Assembly (NCBI GenBank): GCA_033762915.1
Contig: JANRLD010000031.1
Location: forward strand, 1-64,000
DNA length: 64,000 bases
Source: Meiothermus sp.
GTDB taxonomy: Bacteria > Deinococcota > Deinococci > Deinococcales > Thermaceae
Direction: 5' to 3'
The notes beneath the pieces were generated by a model. It was not told the origin of the DNA, made no database searches, and saw only the letters and a program-made list of their open reading frames with translations. Positions 36,052 through 45,412 of this stretch are shown here, one piece after another. How positions within the stretch are numbered: position 1 is the first letter of the stretch; the number at the start of each line of letters is the position of its first letter. Both the position numbers and the translations under genes were made by a program.

Positions 36052-38379
36052 TCAGCCTTGGCGCAGCGCCACCAGCGCGGCCTGACCCAGGCTGATACCG
36101 CCGTCGTTGGGGGGGGCCTGCCGATTGACCAGAACCCGCAGCCTCGAGGTGCGCGAAAGCGCCGCCAACTCCCGCAGCAGCAGCCCGTTCTGGAAGACGC
36201 CGCCGGAGAGCGCCACCGCGTCCAGGGTGTGCGTTTCGCAGAGCTGTTCCGCCGCCCGCCAGAGCCCCAGGGCCAGCCCGCCGATAAACCCTCGAGCCAC
36301 CTCCGCCACTGGTTTGCCCGCTAGCCGGGCCTCGATCACCGCCTCCAGCAACTCCCGGTAGCGCCAGACCCCGTTCCCGAACCCGAACGCAAAGGCCTCG
36401 GCGCTGCGCGACTGCAGGGCCTGGTGCTCGAGCCAGGCTGCCGCCTGCCCTTCGTAACTGACGGCTCGAGTGAACCCCAGCAGCGCCGCCGCGCAGTCGA
36501 ACAGCCGCCCCACCGAGGAGGTGGGAAAGACCCGCAGGTTCTTCTCGAGCATCCGCTCGGCCTCGGCGAAGCGCGGGGGGAAGTTGAACGGCGGCCGGCT
36601 GAAGTCCACCGCAAGGCCCCGCAAGAAGCCCACGGCGGCCTGTACGGGGTGCTGAGCCGCCGCGTCCCCACCAACCAGGCTGGCGTACTCGAGGTGCCCA
36701 ACCCGCCGGAAGCCGCTCTCGAGGCCCCCCACGAACGCCTCACCACCCCAGATGGCCCCGTCCTCGCCGTAGCCGGTGCCGTCCCAGGCGATGCCCAAGA
36801 CCTGCCGATCCCAGAACCCATGCTCGGCCAGCACCGAGGCGACGTGGGCCTGGTGGTGCTGCACCGCGAGGTGTGAGCTTGCGGCCAGGCTCTGGGCCCA
36901 CCCGGTGCTGCGGTACTGCGGGTGCAGGTCGTGAACCACCGTGAGGTCGGCCTCCTCGAGTTCGTACATGCGCAGCAGGTCGCGGGCGGTCTGCTCGAAG
37001 GCGTGGAAAGCCCCCAGGTGGTCCAGGTCCCCGATGTGCCCGCCGCCCAGCGCCTCGCCACCCACCACCAGGGTCAGGCTGTTCTTGAGGTCGGCCCCCG
37101 CCGCCAGGATGGGCCGGGCGGCGGGCAGTCGGGCCAGGCTCGAGGGCGCGTAGCCCCGGCTGCGCCGCAGAATTTGCGCGCCGAACGGCGAAGCGCGGGC
37201 GATGGAGTCGTCCACCCGCCGGGCGATGGGGCGCTCGCCTACCAGGAAGGCGTCGGCGATTCCAGCGAGCTGCTCGAGGGCCTCGCCATCGCGGTAGGCG
37301 ATCGGCTCGGAGGAGCGGTTGGCGCTGGTAAGGACGAGCACCCGGGGCGCGCCCGCCGCGAACAGCAGGTGGTGCAGCGGCGTATACGGTAGCATCACCC
37401 CGAGTTCGGCAGTGTCGGGGGCGACGGCTGAAACCACCCCCGACCCTCCCCAGGCGCTCTGCGTGATGAGGGGGGAAGGCGTTCTGGCCGGGACCAGCAC
37501 GATGGGCCGCGCCGCCGAGGTCAGGAGCGCCTCGGCGTCGGCGGTCAGCTCGAGCAGATCACGGGCGGTCTCCAGCGAGTCCACCATCAGCGCGAAGGGC
37601 TTCTCTTTGCGGAACTTGCGCTCGCGCAGGGCCTCGACGGCTCGAGGGTTCTGTGCGTCGCAGGCCAGGTGATACCCACCAATTCCCTTGATGGCCACGA
37701 TCTTCCCGTCTTGCAGGAGGGCCGCCGTCTGTTCGACGGCCTGCTGGCCTCGAGCCTCAGGGCCTTGCGCCCCTTCAAGGCTCTTTCCTTCTCCCACTCC
37801 TTGTAGGTAGTACCCCGGCCCGCACACCGGGCAGGCCGTCGGCTGCGCGTGGAAGCGCCGGTCGAGCGGGTCGTGGTACTCGCGCGCGCAGTCCGGGCAC
37901 ATCGGCCAGGCCTGCAGGGTGGTGTTGGGGCGGTCGTAGGGCAGGGCGGTGACGACCGAGTAGCGCGGGCCGCAGTGGGTACAGTTGATGTAGGGATAGA
38001 GGTGGCGGCGGTTGGCAGGGTCGAAGAGTTCGTGCAGGCAGTCCGCACAGACCGCCAGGTCGGGCGAGACGGGGACGGTGGGGCGGCCCGCCTTGTGGCT
38101 CGTTAGAATCTCGAACCCCGCGTAGCCTCGAGCCGCGGTCTGCTCGACCTTAACCTCAGCAATGCGCGCGGCCGAGGGGGCTTGTGCCGGGAGCTCTCGG
38201 ACGAAGCTGGAGAGCGCGGACGGGGCTCCCTCGAGGTGGATCCGCACCCCGCCCTCTTGGTTGAGCACCCAGCCGGTCAGACCGTGCTCCCGTGCCAAGC
38301 GAAACACGAAGGGGCGGAACCCCACCCCCTGCACGATGCCGCGAACCTCGATGTGGCGTGCTTCGATCACCGCGCTCAC
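36052..38379 (-). CDS. hypF: carbamoyltransferase HypF
   Basis: acylphosphatase GIVQGVGFRP, two CxxC-x18-CxxC Zn fingers, KGIGGYHL, QHHQAH, DGTGYG, PPNDGGISLGQ. Confidence 0.97.
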   Translation of the reverse strand: MSAVIEARHIEVRGIVQGVGFRPFVFRLAREHGLTGWVLNQEGGVRIHLEGAPSALSSFVRELPAQAPSAARIAEVKVEQTAARGYAGFEILTSHKAGRPTVPVSPDLAVCADCLHELFDPANRRHLYPYINCTHCGPRYSVVTALPYDRPNTTLQAWPMCPDCAREYHDPLDRRFHAQPTACPVCGPGYYLQGVGEGKSLEGAQGPEARGQQAVEQTAALLQDGKIVAIKGIGGYHLACDAQNPRAVEALRERKFRKEKPFALMVDSLETARDLLELTADAEALLTSAARPIVLVPARTPSPLITQSAWGGSGVVSAVAPDTAELGVMLPYTPLHHLLFAAGAPRVLVLTSANRSSEPIAYRDGEALEQLAGIADAFLVGERPIARRVDDSIARASPFGAQILRRSRGYAPSSLARLPAARPILAAGADLKNSLTLVVGGEALGGGHIGDLDHLGAFHAFEQTARDLLRMYELEEADLTVVHDLHPQYRSTGWAQSLAASSHLAVQHHQAHVASVLAEHGFWDRQVLGIAWDGTGYGEDGAIWGGEAFVGGLESGFRRVGHLEYASLVGGDAAAQHPVQAAVGFLRGLAVDFSRPPFNFPPRFAEAERMLEKNLRVFPTSSVGRLFDCAAALLGFTRAVSYEGQAAAWLEHQALQSRSAEAFAFGFGNGVWRYRELLEAVIEARLAGKPVAEVARGFIGGLALGLWRAAEQLCETHTLDAVALSGGVFQNGLLLRELAALSRTSRLRVLVNRQAPPNDGGISLGQAALVALRQG

Positions 38380-38416
38380 TACCCCTCATCCGCCCCATCC
38401 GCCCCGGCGCAACCTA

Positions 38417-38647
38417 TCATCCCCCCACCACGCAGCCACGGCCCTGCCAGCCGATCTGCTTGAGCTTGCCGTCCTCGGCCAGCACGGGCACGGTGCGCTG
38501 CCCGCCGGAAAGCTCGAGCATCCGCCTCAGCGCCCCTGCGTCCGCTTCCACGTCGTACTCGGCGAACTCGAGGCCGCGCCACTGGAGGTCTTCGCGCAGT
38601 TCGGCGGTGAACTGGCAGCCCTTGGTCCCGAAGAGTTCTAGCGCCAT
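38417..38647 (-). CDS. glutaredoxin-like protein
   Basis: GCQFT motif, EYDV, RTVPV cis-Pro motif, C-terminal GRGC. Confidence 0.8.
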   Translation of the reverse strand: MALELFGTKGCQFTAELREDLQWRGLEFAEYDVEADAGALRRMLELSGGQRTVPVLAEDGKLKQIGWQGRGCVVGG

Positions 38648-39810
38648 AGCTCCCCCAATAGCTCCCGGATAATGTGGTACACCGAGGCCTGGACTTCCTG
38701 GATGCGCGGGATGTGGTCGGAGCGCACGACGATGGCGAGGTCGGCCAGGCCCTGTCGCACCACCTCGCCGCCGTCGTAGCCGAGCAGGGCGACGGTCAGC
38801 ATCCCGCGCTTGCGGGCCTCTTGCAGCGCCGCGACGATGTTCCTCGAGCCTCCGCTGGTCGAGAAGGCCACCGCGACGTCCTCCGGGCGGGCCTGCGCGA
38901 TGAGCTGCCGCAGGAAGATGACCTCGGCGCCTACGTCGTTGGCGATGGCCGAGAGGTTGGCGGGCTCGAGGGCCAGCGAGACCGCCGGAACCGGCCTCCA
39001 GCCCGGCGGTGGCTCCACGCAGTCGAGGGCGAAGTCGTTGGCGTCGGTGGCCGAGCCGCCGTTGCCGAAGAGGACCAGCTTGCCGCCCCGCCCTAGGCGC
39101 TCGGTGATGGCCCCTGCCGCGTCTGCGATCGTCCCGCTTTGCCCGGTCATGGCCAGGCGCAGCTTGGCGTCTTCCTCGACCTTCATCCGAATCGAGTCGG
39201 CGACCTCGGCGACGGTGGCATCGGTGTCCTGCTTCCCGCCGCTCAAGAACGGGTACAAGAACGAACTCGCGCCCAGGTCGTAGCCGCTCTCGCGGTGCTC
39301 GAAAAACACGTGCACGGTCTCCCAGAGGACGTGATAGAGGACCTCGATGATCTCTTGGCGGATGAAGGGGTGGCTCGAGGGTACCTCCACCGCATAGTCG
39401 GCCACCCGGCCGGTGAGTGCGAAGGTGAGCGCCCCCCTGGCCCCGGCCGCCTTCAAGGCCGCCTCGACTGCCGCGTCGCCCTCTTTAGGGGCGAAGCCCA
39501 TCACCATGTCCTCGGGCCTGACCAGGGCCTCGAGCCAGCCCCCGAACGCCATGGAGAGGTCGAGCGCGGGTAGCGCCCGCTTGCCCACGATCACCGGGTG
39601 TACGAACTCCACCGAGACGTGCTGCGCGTCGGTTGCGTAGGGACCCCGCCCGAACGCCAGCAGCCGCCCGCCCGCCAGAAAGCGCTCCGACATCCGGCGG
39701 CAGACCTCGGCCAGGCGGCCCGCCTCGAGGTCGAAAAACGCCCCCGCCGCCGCGTTGCGCTCCAGCATCGCCGACTGAATTTTTTCGACCATGGCCGCGC
39801 TCATGGCCAT
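38638..39810 (-). CDS. tandem SIS-domain protein (GmhA / phosphoheptose-isomerase-like)
   Basis: two SIS repeats: FGRGPYATDAQH...VEFVHP and FGNGGSATDA...STSGGS...IQE. Confidence 0.85.
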   Translation of the reverse strand: MAMSAAMVEKIQSAMLERNAAAGAFFDLEAGRLAEVCRRMSERFLAGGRLLAFGRGPYATDAQHVSVEFVHPVIVGKRALPALDLSMAFGGWLEALVRPEDMVMGFAPKEGDAAVEAALKAAGARGALTFALTGRVADYAVEVPSSHPFIRQEIIEVLYHVLWETVHVFFEHRESGYDLGASSFLYPFLSGGKQDTDATVAEVADSIRMKVEEDAKLRLAMTGQSGTIADAAGAITERLGRGGKLVLFGNGGSATDANDFALDCVEPPPGWRPVPAVSLALEPANLSAIANDVGAEVIFLRQLIAQARPEDVAVAFSTSGGSRNIVAALQEARKRGMLTVALLGYDGGEVVRQGLADLAIVVRSDHIPRIQEVQASVYHIIRELLGELWR

Positions 39811-39856
39811 GACGACCTCCGCGCCCGCCCCCCGGCCCTCGCCCCCCGAGGCCCCA

Positions 39857-40882
39857 TCAGCAAATCCTCGGCAGGGGGTCGCCCACCAACATATCCACGA
39901 TGCGGCTCGAGCCGTATCCGGTCAGGGCGTAGACCACGCCCGGCGAGGCCTCGGTCACGTCGCCGATCAGGGCCGCCCCCGCGCCGCCAGCCGAGCGGAC
40001 AGCCTCGAGGGCCTGCTCGGCGTGGTCCGCTGCCACGATGGCCAGGAACTGCCCCTCGTTGGCGATGTGCAGCGGGTCGAGGCCCAGGATTTCACAAGCC
40101 CCGCGCACCTCATCGCGGACGGGGATGTGGTCTTCGTGGAGCCTGAGGCCGAGCCGGGCGTCCCTGGCCAGTTCGTTGAGCGAGGTCGCCACGCCGCCCC
40201 GGGTGGGGTCGCGCATCCAGCGCAGGCCGGGGGCCACCGACTCGATCAGCGCCTCCACCATCGGCCAGACCGAGCGGGTGTCGGAGGTGAGGTCGGCCTC
40301 CAGGTCCAGCTCGCCGCGGGCCAAGAGAATGGTGATGCCGTGGTCGCCGATCGGCCCAGAAAGCAGCACCCGGTCGCCCGGTCGCACCGAGGCCGCCGAT
40401 AGCGAGACCCGGCCGTCCACCAGCCCAATCCCGCTGGTGCTGATGTAGAGCCCGTCGGCCTTGCCGTGCTCGACCACCTTGGTGTCGCCGCCGACGACGC
40501 TTACCCCGGCCTTCTGCGCAGCCCGCTGCATGGCCTCGAGTTCGTCTTGCAGGATTTGGGCCGGGAGCCCCGCCTCCAGAATCAGCGTCGAGAGCAGCGC
40601 CACGGGCTTCGCGCCCGAGACGGCCAGATCGTTGACGGTGCCGTTGACCGCCAGTTCCCCGATCGAGCCGCCGGGAAAGCGCAGCGGCTTGACCACGAAG
40701 CTGTCGGCGGTGAGGGCCAAGGGCAAGCCGCCCAGGTTGAGCAGGGCGGCGTCCTCGAGGGTCGGGTTGCCCAGCAGGGGCGCAATCAGCCCTTCCACCA
40801 AACGGCGGCTGGCCTTGCCCCCCGCGCCGTGGGCGAGTTCGATTTGGGTGTCTTTGAAGCGGATGACGGGGGGTTTGGTCAT
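39857..40882 (-). CDS. hypE: hydrogenase maturation protein HypE
   Basis: HGAGG, GTVNDLAV, GGDTKVV, MRDPTRGG, ANEG, C-terminal PRIC. Confidence 0.97.
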   Translation of the reverse strand: MTKPPVIRFKDTQIELAHGAGGKASRRLVEGLIAPLLGNPTLEDAALLNLGGLPLALTADSFVVKPLRFPGGSIGELAVNGTVNDLAVSGAKPVALLSTLILEAGLPAQILQDELEAMQRAAQKAGVSVVGGDTKVVEHGKADGLYISTSGIGLVDGRVSLSAASVRPGDRVLLSGPIGDHGITILLARGELDLEADLTSDTRSVWPMVEALIESVAPGLRWMRDPTRGGVATSLNELARDARLGLRLHEDHIPVRDEVRGACEILGLDPLHIANEGQFLAIVAADHAEQALEAVRSAGGAGAALIGDVTEASPGVVYALTGYGSSRIVDMLVGDPLPRIC

Positions 40883-41096
40883 AGGTGTCTTTCGCCGCGA
40901 GGGCGGGTGCTCCTGGCGGGCGCGGCGGCCCCGTTTCCCGGGTGCCGCCTGCGGGTCGGCTCAGGGTGTCACGGTCTGTCTGCATTATAGCGAGGGACGG
41001 CCTTACTGGAGAGCGTCCAGGGGAGGGTTAGCGGGTCGCGGCTGCCTCGAGCGGTAGACCGAGGCCCGGCCGAGCACGCCCGGGGGCCGGGGGGCA

Positions 41097-41126
41097 AGAA
41101 AGCCGCCCCCAGGTCTGGGGGCGGCG
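41097..41126 (-). terminator. intrinsic terminator after the DUF305 gene
   Basis: GCCGCCCCCAG-gt-CTGGGGGCGGC stem with an A-rich flank on the + strand. Confidence 0.65.
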
Positions 41127-41153
41127 GGCACAGTTCGCGCCTCAGCGCCCGCA

Positions 41154-41852
41154 TTAACGGGCGTTGGCGAGCTTCAGGCGCATTTCGTAGACTTCACGGG
41201 CCTGGGTCGCGGCGATGTCGGCAGCCAGCTTGAGGACGGCCGGGTTCTGGGCCTTTTGCAGCGCCAGGGTGGCCATCTCGATGGCCTGCACGTGGTGGGG
41301 GATCATGGCCTCGATAAACGCTCGCTCGGGGCTCGAGGCGGGCGCGGCGGTGTGGCCCATGTGGCTCATGGCCTGGGTCATGACCCGCTGGGCGGCCAGG
41401 TTGGTGCCCCCCAAGGCGCTCAGCAGGGTGCGCATCTGGGCGATCTCGCGCTCCTGGTCGCGGATGATGGCGTTGGCCCAGCCCCGCAGCTGCGCGTCCT
41501 GGGTCTTGGTCAGGATGTCGCGGGCCATGGTCACGGCGGCGCGGTGGTGGGGGATCATCATCGAGAGGAAGGCCTGCTCGAAGGGGGCGCCCTCGAGCAT
41601 ACCCAGGCCCTGCCCCATCATGCCCATCATGCCCATCTGGCCCATCTGGCCCATCTGGCCCATCATGCCCTGCATCATCGGCATCATCTGCGGCATGTTC
41701 ATGCCCTGCTGGCCCTGGCCCATCGGCATCATGCCGGGCTGGCTCATGGGCATCTGGGACGCGGGGGCGCCGGCGGGGTGGTGGTTTTGATGGTTGGTCT
41801 GGGCCAGGGCCAGTCCGGCCAGGGCGACGAAGAGAACTAGGAGTTGTTTCAT
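41154..41852 (-). CDS. secreted DUF305 (CopM-like) metal-binding protein with a Met/Gln-rich linker
   Basis: signal peptide; two MIPHH motifs; IIRDQEREIAQM; QMG repeats. Confidence 0.88.
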   Translation of the reverse strand: MKQLLVLFVALAGLALAQTNHQNHHPAGAPASQMPMSQPGMMPMGQGQQGMNMPQMMPMMQGMMGQMGQMGQMGMMGMMGQGLGMLEGAPFEQAFLSMMIPHHRAAVTMARDILTKTQDAQLRGWANAIIRDQEREIAQMRTLLSALGGTNLAAQRVMTQAMSHMGHTAAPASSPERAFIEAMIPHHVQAIEMATLALQKAQNPAVLKLAADIAATQAREVYEMRLKLANAR

Positions 41853-41942
41853 AGGTTTTTCCTCGGCTATGGGTATTTGAAGGCGAATTGCAGCGAACGC
41901 CTGCTCCCGGCTCGAGGGACGCTCCCTCGAGCCGCATGCCCC

Positions 41943-42314
41943 TCAGGCTCTTGGGGGCGGGGTCGGGACGAGACTCACCACCGACCGGAAAATGGTCTGC
42001 GAATTGGGGGAATAGGGCGCCCGCCCCAACGGGGGGATCAGCCGCACAGCCTGAGCGGGGAGGAAGTGGGAGGTGGCGAAGACGCAGAGGATCTGGGCCT
42101 CGTGACAGCAGTTCGCGCTCCCGTCAGACAGGTCGGCGGATGCGGGTTGATGAATTCCGCCGGATGAACTCGAGCCCACGTGCAGGTGAACCGCCTCGAG
42201 GGGCAGGGGGCCGACCCCCCGCACGTAGGCAGGCGGGGTCAGGGCCGAGCCCAGCAGCAACAGCACCCACACCCAGAGGATGGGCACATAGCGGCGCAGG
42301 CGTAGGGCGGACAT
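41943..42314 (-). CDS. putative CutF/CruR-like leader protein
   Basis: N-terminal hydrophobic segment, His/Cys cluster NCCHEAQILC, C-terminal PTPPPRA-stop, upstream of the CopM-like gene. Confidence 0.6.
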   Translation of the reverse strand: MSALRLRRYVPILWVWVLLLLGSALTPPAYVRGVGPLPLEAVHLHVGSSSSGGIHQPASADLSDGSANCCHEAQILCVFATSHFLPAQAVRLIPPLGRAPYSPNSQTIFRSVVSLVPTPPPRA

Positions 42315-42371
42315 TGGTCACCCCGCAGCCTAGCAAGGGCGGAGGGCTGGAGGTAGTGACATTCCTCCTTA

Positions 42372-42590
42372 GCGCGGCTCCCACCATTACCTCCCTCGCG
42401 GCAGCAGGCAATGTACTTCCTATCGCGTTTCCCACCACTACTCCGCCCACGGTGCGGCGCTAAAGCGTGCGCTAAAGCGGAGTAGTGCACTCGGTACGGC
42501 AAAAACCGCCCTACCGAGTGTTCGTGGCAACCGCTCTAGAGCAAAAACCGCCCGCTTTAGCGCCGTAGGGAGTATGCGCGGGAACCGCTC
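42372..42590 (-). mobile_element. family-A MITE carrying a nested element (42423-42536)
   Basis: same nested structure as 13787-13981; begins immediately after the hypD TGA. Confidence 0.8.
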
Positions 42591-43706
42591 TCAATCGCCC
42601 GACACCAGCTCGGCGCGGTGGACGTAGTTGTAGTAGGCGGCGCAGGCCCCCTCGCTCGAGACCATCAAGGCCCCCACCGGCCGCTCGGGGGTGCACTCCT
42701 TGCCAAACAGCTTGCACTGCGGCGGCTTAAGCACACCCTTCAAGACCTCGCCGCACTGGGCGGCCTTGGGGTCGGTGACGCGCACGCCCTCCACGGTGAA
42801 GCGGGCCTCGGCGTCCCACTGGGCGTACTCCGGGCGCAGCTTGAGCGCCGACTGCGAGATGAAGCCCAGCCCGCGCCACTCGAAGTAGGGGCGCAGCTCG
42901 AAGACCTGCGCCATCGCCCCCAGCGCCGCCAGGTTGCCGTTCCAGGGCACCACCCGCTCGTACTGGTTCTCCACCTCGGCACGGCCCTCGTTCATCTGGC
43001 GCAGCAGCAGCACCAGCCCCTGCAGCAGGTCGAGCGGCTCGAAGCCCGAGGTCACCACCGGCTTGCCGTACTCCTTGGCCACAAACTCATAGGGCCGGCA
43101 GCCGATCACTGTGGAGACGTGCCCCGGCCCAATGAAGCCGTCGAGGCGCATGTCCGGGGAGTCCAGGATGGCCCGCATGGCCGGGACGATGGTGACGTGG
43201 TTGCAGAAGACGGTGAAATTCTCGATCCCGAGCGCCTTGGCCCGCTTGAGCGTGAGGGCGGTGGAGGGCGCGGTGGTTTCGAACCCGATGGCGAAGAAGA
43301 CCACCTGCCGATCAGGGTTCTTCTCGGCCAGCTTGAGCGCGTCCAGGGGCGAGTAGACCATGCGGACGTCGGCGCCCTTGGCTTTCATCTCCAGGGGCGT
43401 GCCCATCTGCCCCGGGACGCGCATCATGTCGCCGAAGGCGGTGAGGATCACGTTGGGGTCCTGGGCCAGCTTGAGGCCGTCGTCCACCCGGCCCATCGGC
43501 AGCACGCAGACCGGGCAGCCGGGGCCATGAACGAGCTCGAGATTTGCCGGCAGCAGGTCCTGCAGGCCGAAGCGGTAGATGGAGTGGGTGTGCCCGCCGC
43601 AGACCTCCATCACGCGGTAGTGGCGGGCGGGGTCGGCGAGGCGGCGGATCTCCTCCGCCGCCCTCTCGATCAACCTGGGGTCGCGGAACTCGTCGACGTA
43701 CTTCAT
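42591..43706 (-). CDS. hypD: hydrogenase maturation protein HypD
   Basis: MEVCGGHTH, GPGCPVCV, GFETT, GPGHVS, MVSSEGACAAYY. Confidence 0.97.
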   Translation of the reverse strand: MKYVDEFRDPRLIERAAEEIRRLADPARHYRVMEVCGGHTHSIYRFGLQDLLPANLELVHGPGCPVCVLPMGRVDDGLKLAQDPNVILTAFGDMMRVPGQMGTPLEMKAKGADVRMVYSPLDALKLAEKNPDRQVVFFAIGFETTAPSTALTLKRAKALGIENFTVFCNHVTIVPAMRAILDSPDMRLDGFIGPGHVSTVIGCRPYEFVAKEYGKPVVTSGFEPLDLLQGLVLLLRQMNEGRAEVENQYERVVPWNGNLAALGAMAQVFELRPYFEWRGLGFISQSALKLRPEYAQWDAEARFTVEGVRVTDPKAAQCGEVLKGVLKPPQCKLFGKECTPERPVGALMVSSEGACAAYYNYVHRAELVSGD

Positions 43707-43945
43707 GCAGGCTCCTCCAGCCTCGAGATCGCCACGCCCATGTGGACCAGGAGCGCGTCGCCCACCCTCGCCTCGGGGAAGAAGTCGATAGCGACCGTCG
43801 CCTGACGGCCCAAGCGGTCTTCCACTACCGCGTCGCCGCCCAAGATCTCGAGCACTTCGACCGGTACCGCCACGTCGCCGCAGGTGCTGCAGCCGTCCTG
43901 GTCGAGGGTGCAGCTCCCGTAGAACTCCAGGTCAACCTTTGGCAT
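43703..43945 (-). CDS. HypC/HybG/HupF-family protein with an N-terminal Cys motif
   Basis: C-x5-CSTCGD, then VGDALLVHMGVAI. Confidence 0.8.
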   Translation of the reverse strand: MPKVDLEFYGSCTLDQDGCSTCGDVAVPVEVLEILGGDAVVEDRLGRQATVAIDFFPEARVGDALLVHMGVAISRLEEPA

Positions 43946-44231
43946 GGGGACTTCGCTCCTCCTCGGCGAACTGGTAGCCCTGAAGCTCCTCGAGGGCCGC
44001 CTCGGCCTCGCCCAACATGGTCATAAACTTAATCTGATCCTGGGCCTCCTGCTCGCTGATCTTGCTCATGGCGAAACCGACGTGGATCAGCACCCACTCG
44101 CCCACCTCCACCCGCTCCTCCGCGAGCAGATCCATGTTGACCTGCCGCCGCACGCCCGAGACCTCGACGGTGGCGAAGTGGCGGAACTCGTCCTGAAACC
44201 CTACGACCTTACCCGGTATGGCAAGACACAC
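43932..44231 (-). CDS. hypC: hydrogenase maturation chaperone HypC
   Basis: MCLAIPG N-terminus, VGEWVLIHVGFA; GGGAGG RBS, TATGAT box. Confidence 0.95.
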   Translation of the reverse strand: MCLAIPGKVVGFQDEFRHFATVEVSGVRRQVNMDLLAEERVEVGEWVLIHVGFAMSKISEQEAQDQIKFMTMLGEAEAALEELQGYQFAEEERSPHAKG

Positions 44232-44288
44232 AGCCGCGACCTCCCTGGAATTGCTACGAATTTATCATACCCGAATCAGGCCAGGGCC

Positions 44289-44549
44289 TAGGTGTCTGCG
44301 TTAATTGCGAGACGCCGCCCCAGCCGATCCGGCAAAGACCCTGGCGCAACTTAAGTGTCTGCATAGTTGCAATGCGAACTATCGCCCCCCAGCTCCCGCA
44401 GGGAATTGCGCCTCGGGTAGCCGCTCCGCGGCTATGGCGCACGCCACTCCGCCTCGGGTAGCCGCTCTGCGGCTATGGCGTACGCCACTCCGCCCCGGCA
44501 CATATTTGCCGCTTCCGCCGATTCTGCACTTCTACCCTGGCGCAACGTA
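44289..44549. mobile_element. two tandem family-B elements; the second carries two about-40-bp GTAG-hairpin units
   Basis: TA(G/A)GTGTCT starts and ACCCTGGCGCAAC ends; units CGGGTAGCCGCTC(C/T)GCGGCTATGGCG(C/T)ACGCCACTCCGCC. Confidence 0.75.
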
Positions 44550-44605
44550 GCACCGCTGAGGTGGGCCGAATGTCCTGCTCGGCGGCAGGGTGTTAGACTC
44601 AGACC

Positions 44606-45412
44606 GTGGCGCAAGGGGCGAGAAGGGTGGGGGATTTGCTGGGCCAGGCGCTCAAGAAGAACGGCCTCGAGCGTGGCCTGAAGCGGGGCAAGGCCCTGCT
44701 GCTGTGGCCTGATATCGCGGGGCCTGCGCTTTCGGAGTGGACGGAGGCCGATCGCCTGGAGGACGGGGTGCTGTTCGTCAAGACCCGCGACGCGGTGGTG
44801 AACCACCAGCTCACCTACATGCGCGGGGAGTTCGTGCGGCGCTACGCCGAAAAGCTGCCCGGCGCGGTGCGGGAGATCCGCTTCCAGGTGGGGGAGCTGT
44901 ACCCCAAGCCCAGGCCAGGGCCGGAGGCCGCGCCGCTGCCCAAGCTCTCCGGCGAGGAGGAAACCCAGGTGCGCCTGCTTGCCAGCCAAGCCCCACAGGA
45001 GCTGCAAGGAGTGATCGCCGGCGCCGCCAAGGCCGTCAAGCGGCGGCAGAAGGACAGCCCGCACCCCCTGTGTGTGGTGTGCGGGGCGCCGAGCGCCCAG
45101 AACCCCTGCCCCGGCTGCCGACGCCTGCTGGGCGACCCGGCGGTGCTGAACGAGGCCAAGCGTCTGCTGCGCCACCCCCTGAAGCCCCGCCTCGAGGGCG
45201 AGCCCCTGAGCGCAGCGAGGTACATCGCCCAGGGTCGGCTCGAGGCCCAGATGCGCGACCTGCTGCCCGAGGTGGTGCAACACTCCGAGCTGTTCCCCGT
45301 CCTGCAGGACACCGCCCGGCGCTACCTCCAGCTCCGCACCGGCGAGAAGGACGTGGCCAAGCACCGGGCACTGCTACCGCCGACGCTGCAATCGCTGCTG
45401 CGCGAACTCTAA
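44606..45412 (+). CDS. DUF721 / DciA-family protein with a Zn-ribbon extension
   Basis: WPDIAG, DGVLFV, QLTY, IRF N-domain; CVVC...CPGC; GTG 6 nt after TAGACT. Confidence 0.8.
   Translation: MAQGARRVGDLLGQALKKNGLERGLKRGKALLLWPDIAGPALSEWTEADRLEDGVLFVKTRDAVVNHQLTYMRGEFVRRYAEKLPGAVREIRFQVGELYPKPRPGPEAAPLPKLSGEEETQVRLLASQAPQELQGVIAGAAKAVKRRQKDSPHPLCVVCGAPSAQNPCPGCRRLLGDPAVLNEAKRLLRHPLKPRLEGEPLSAARYIAQGRLEAQMRDLLPEVVQHSELFPVLQDTARRYLQLRTGEKDVAKHRALLPPTLQSLLREL

Noticed and set aside
38417..38647. Selenocysteine in the glutaredoxin or Hyp proteins
   Set aside because: No in-frame TGA at the Cys motif positions; ordinary Cys codons are used.
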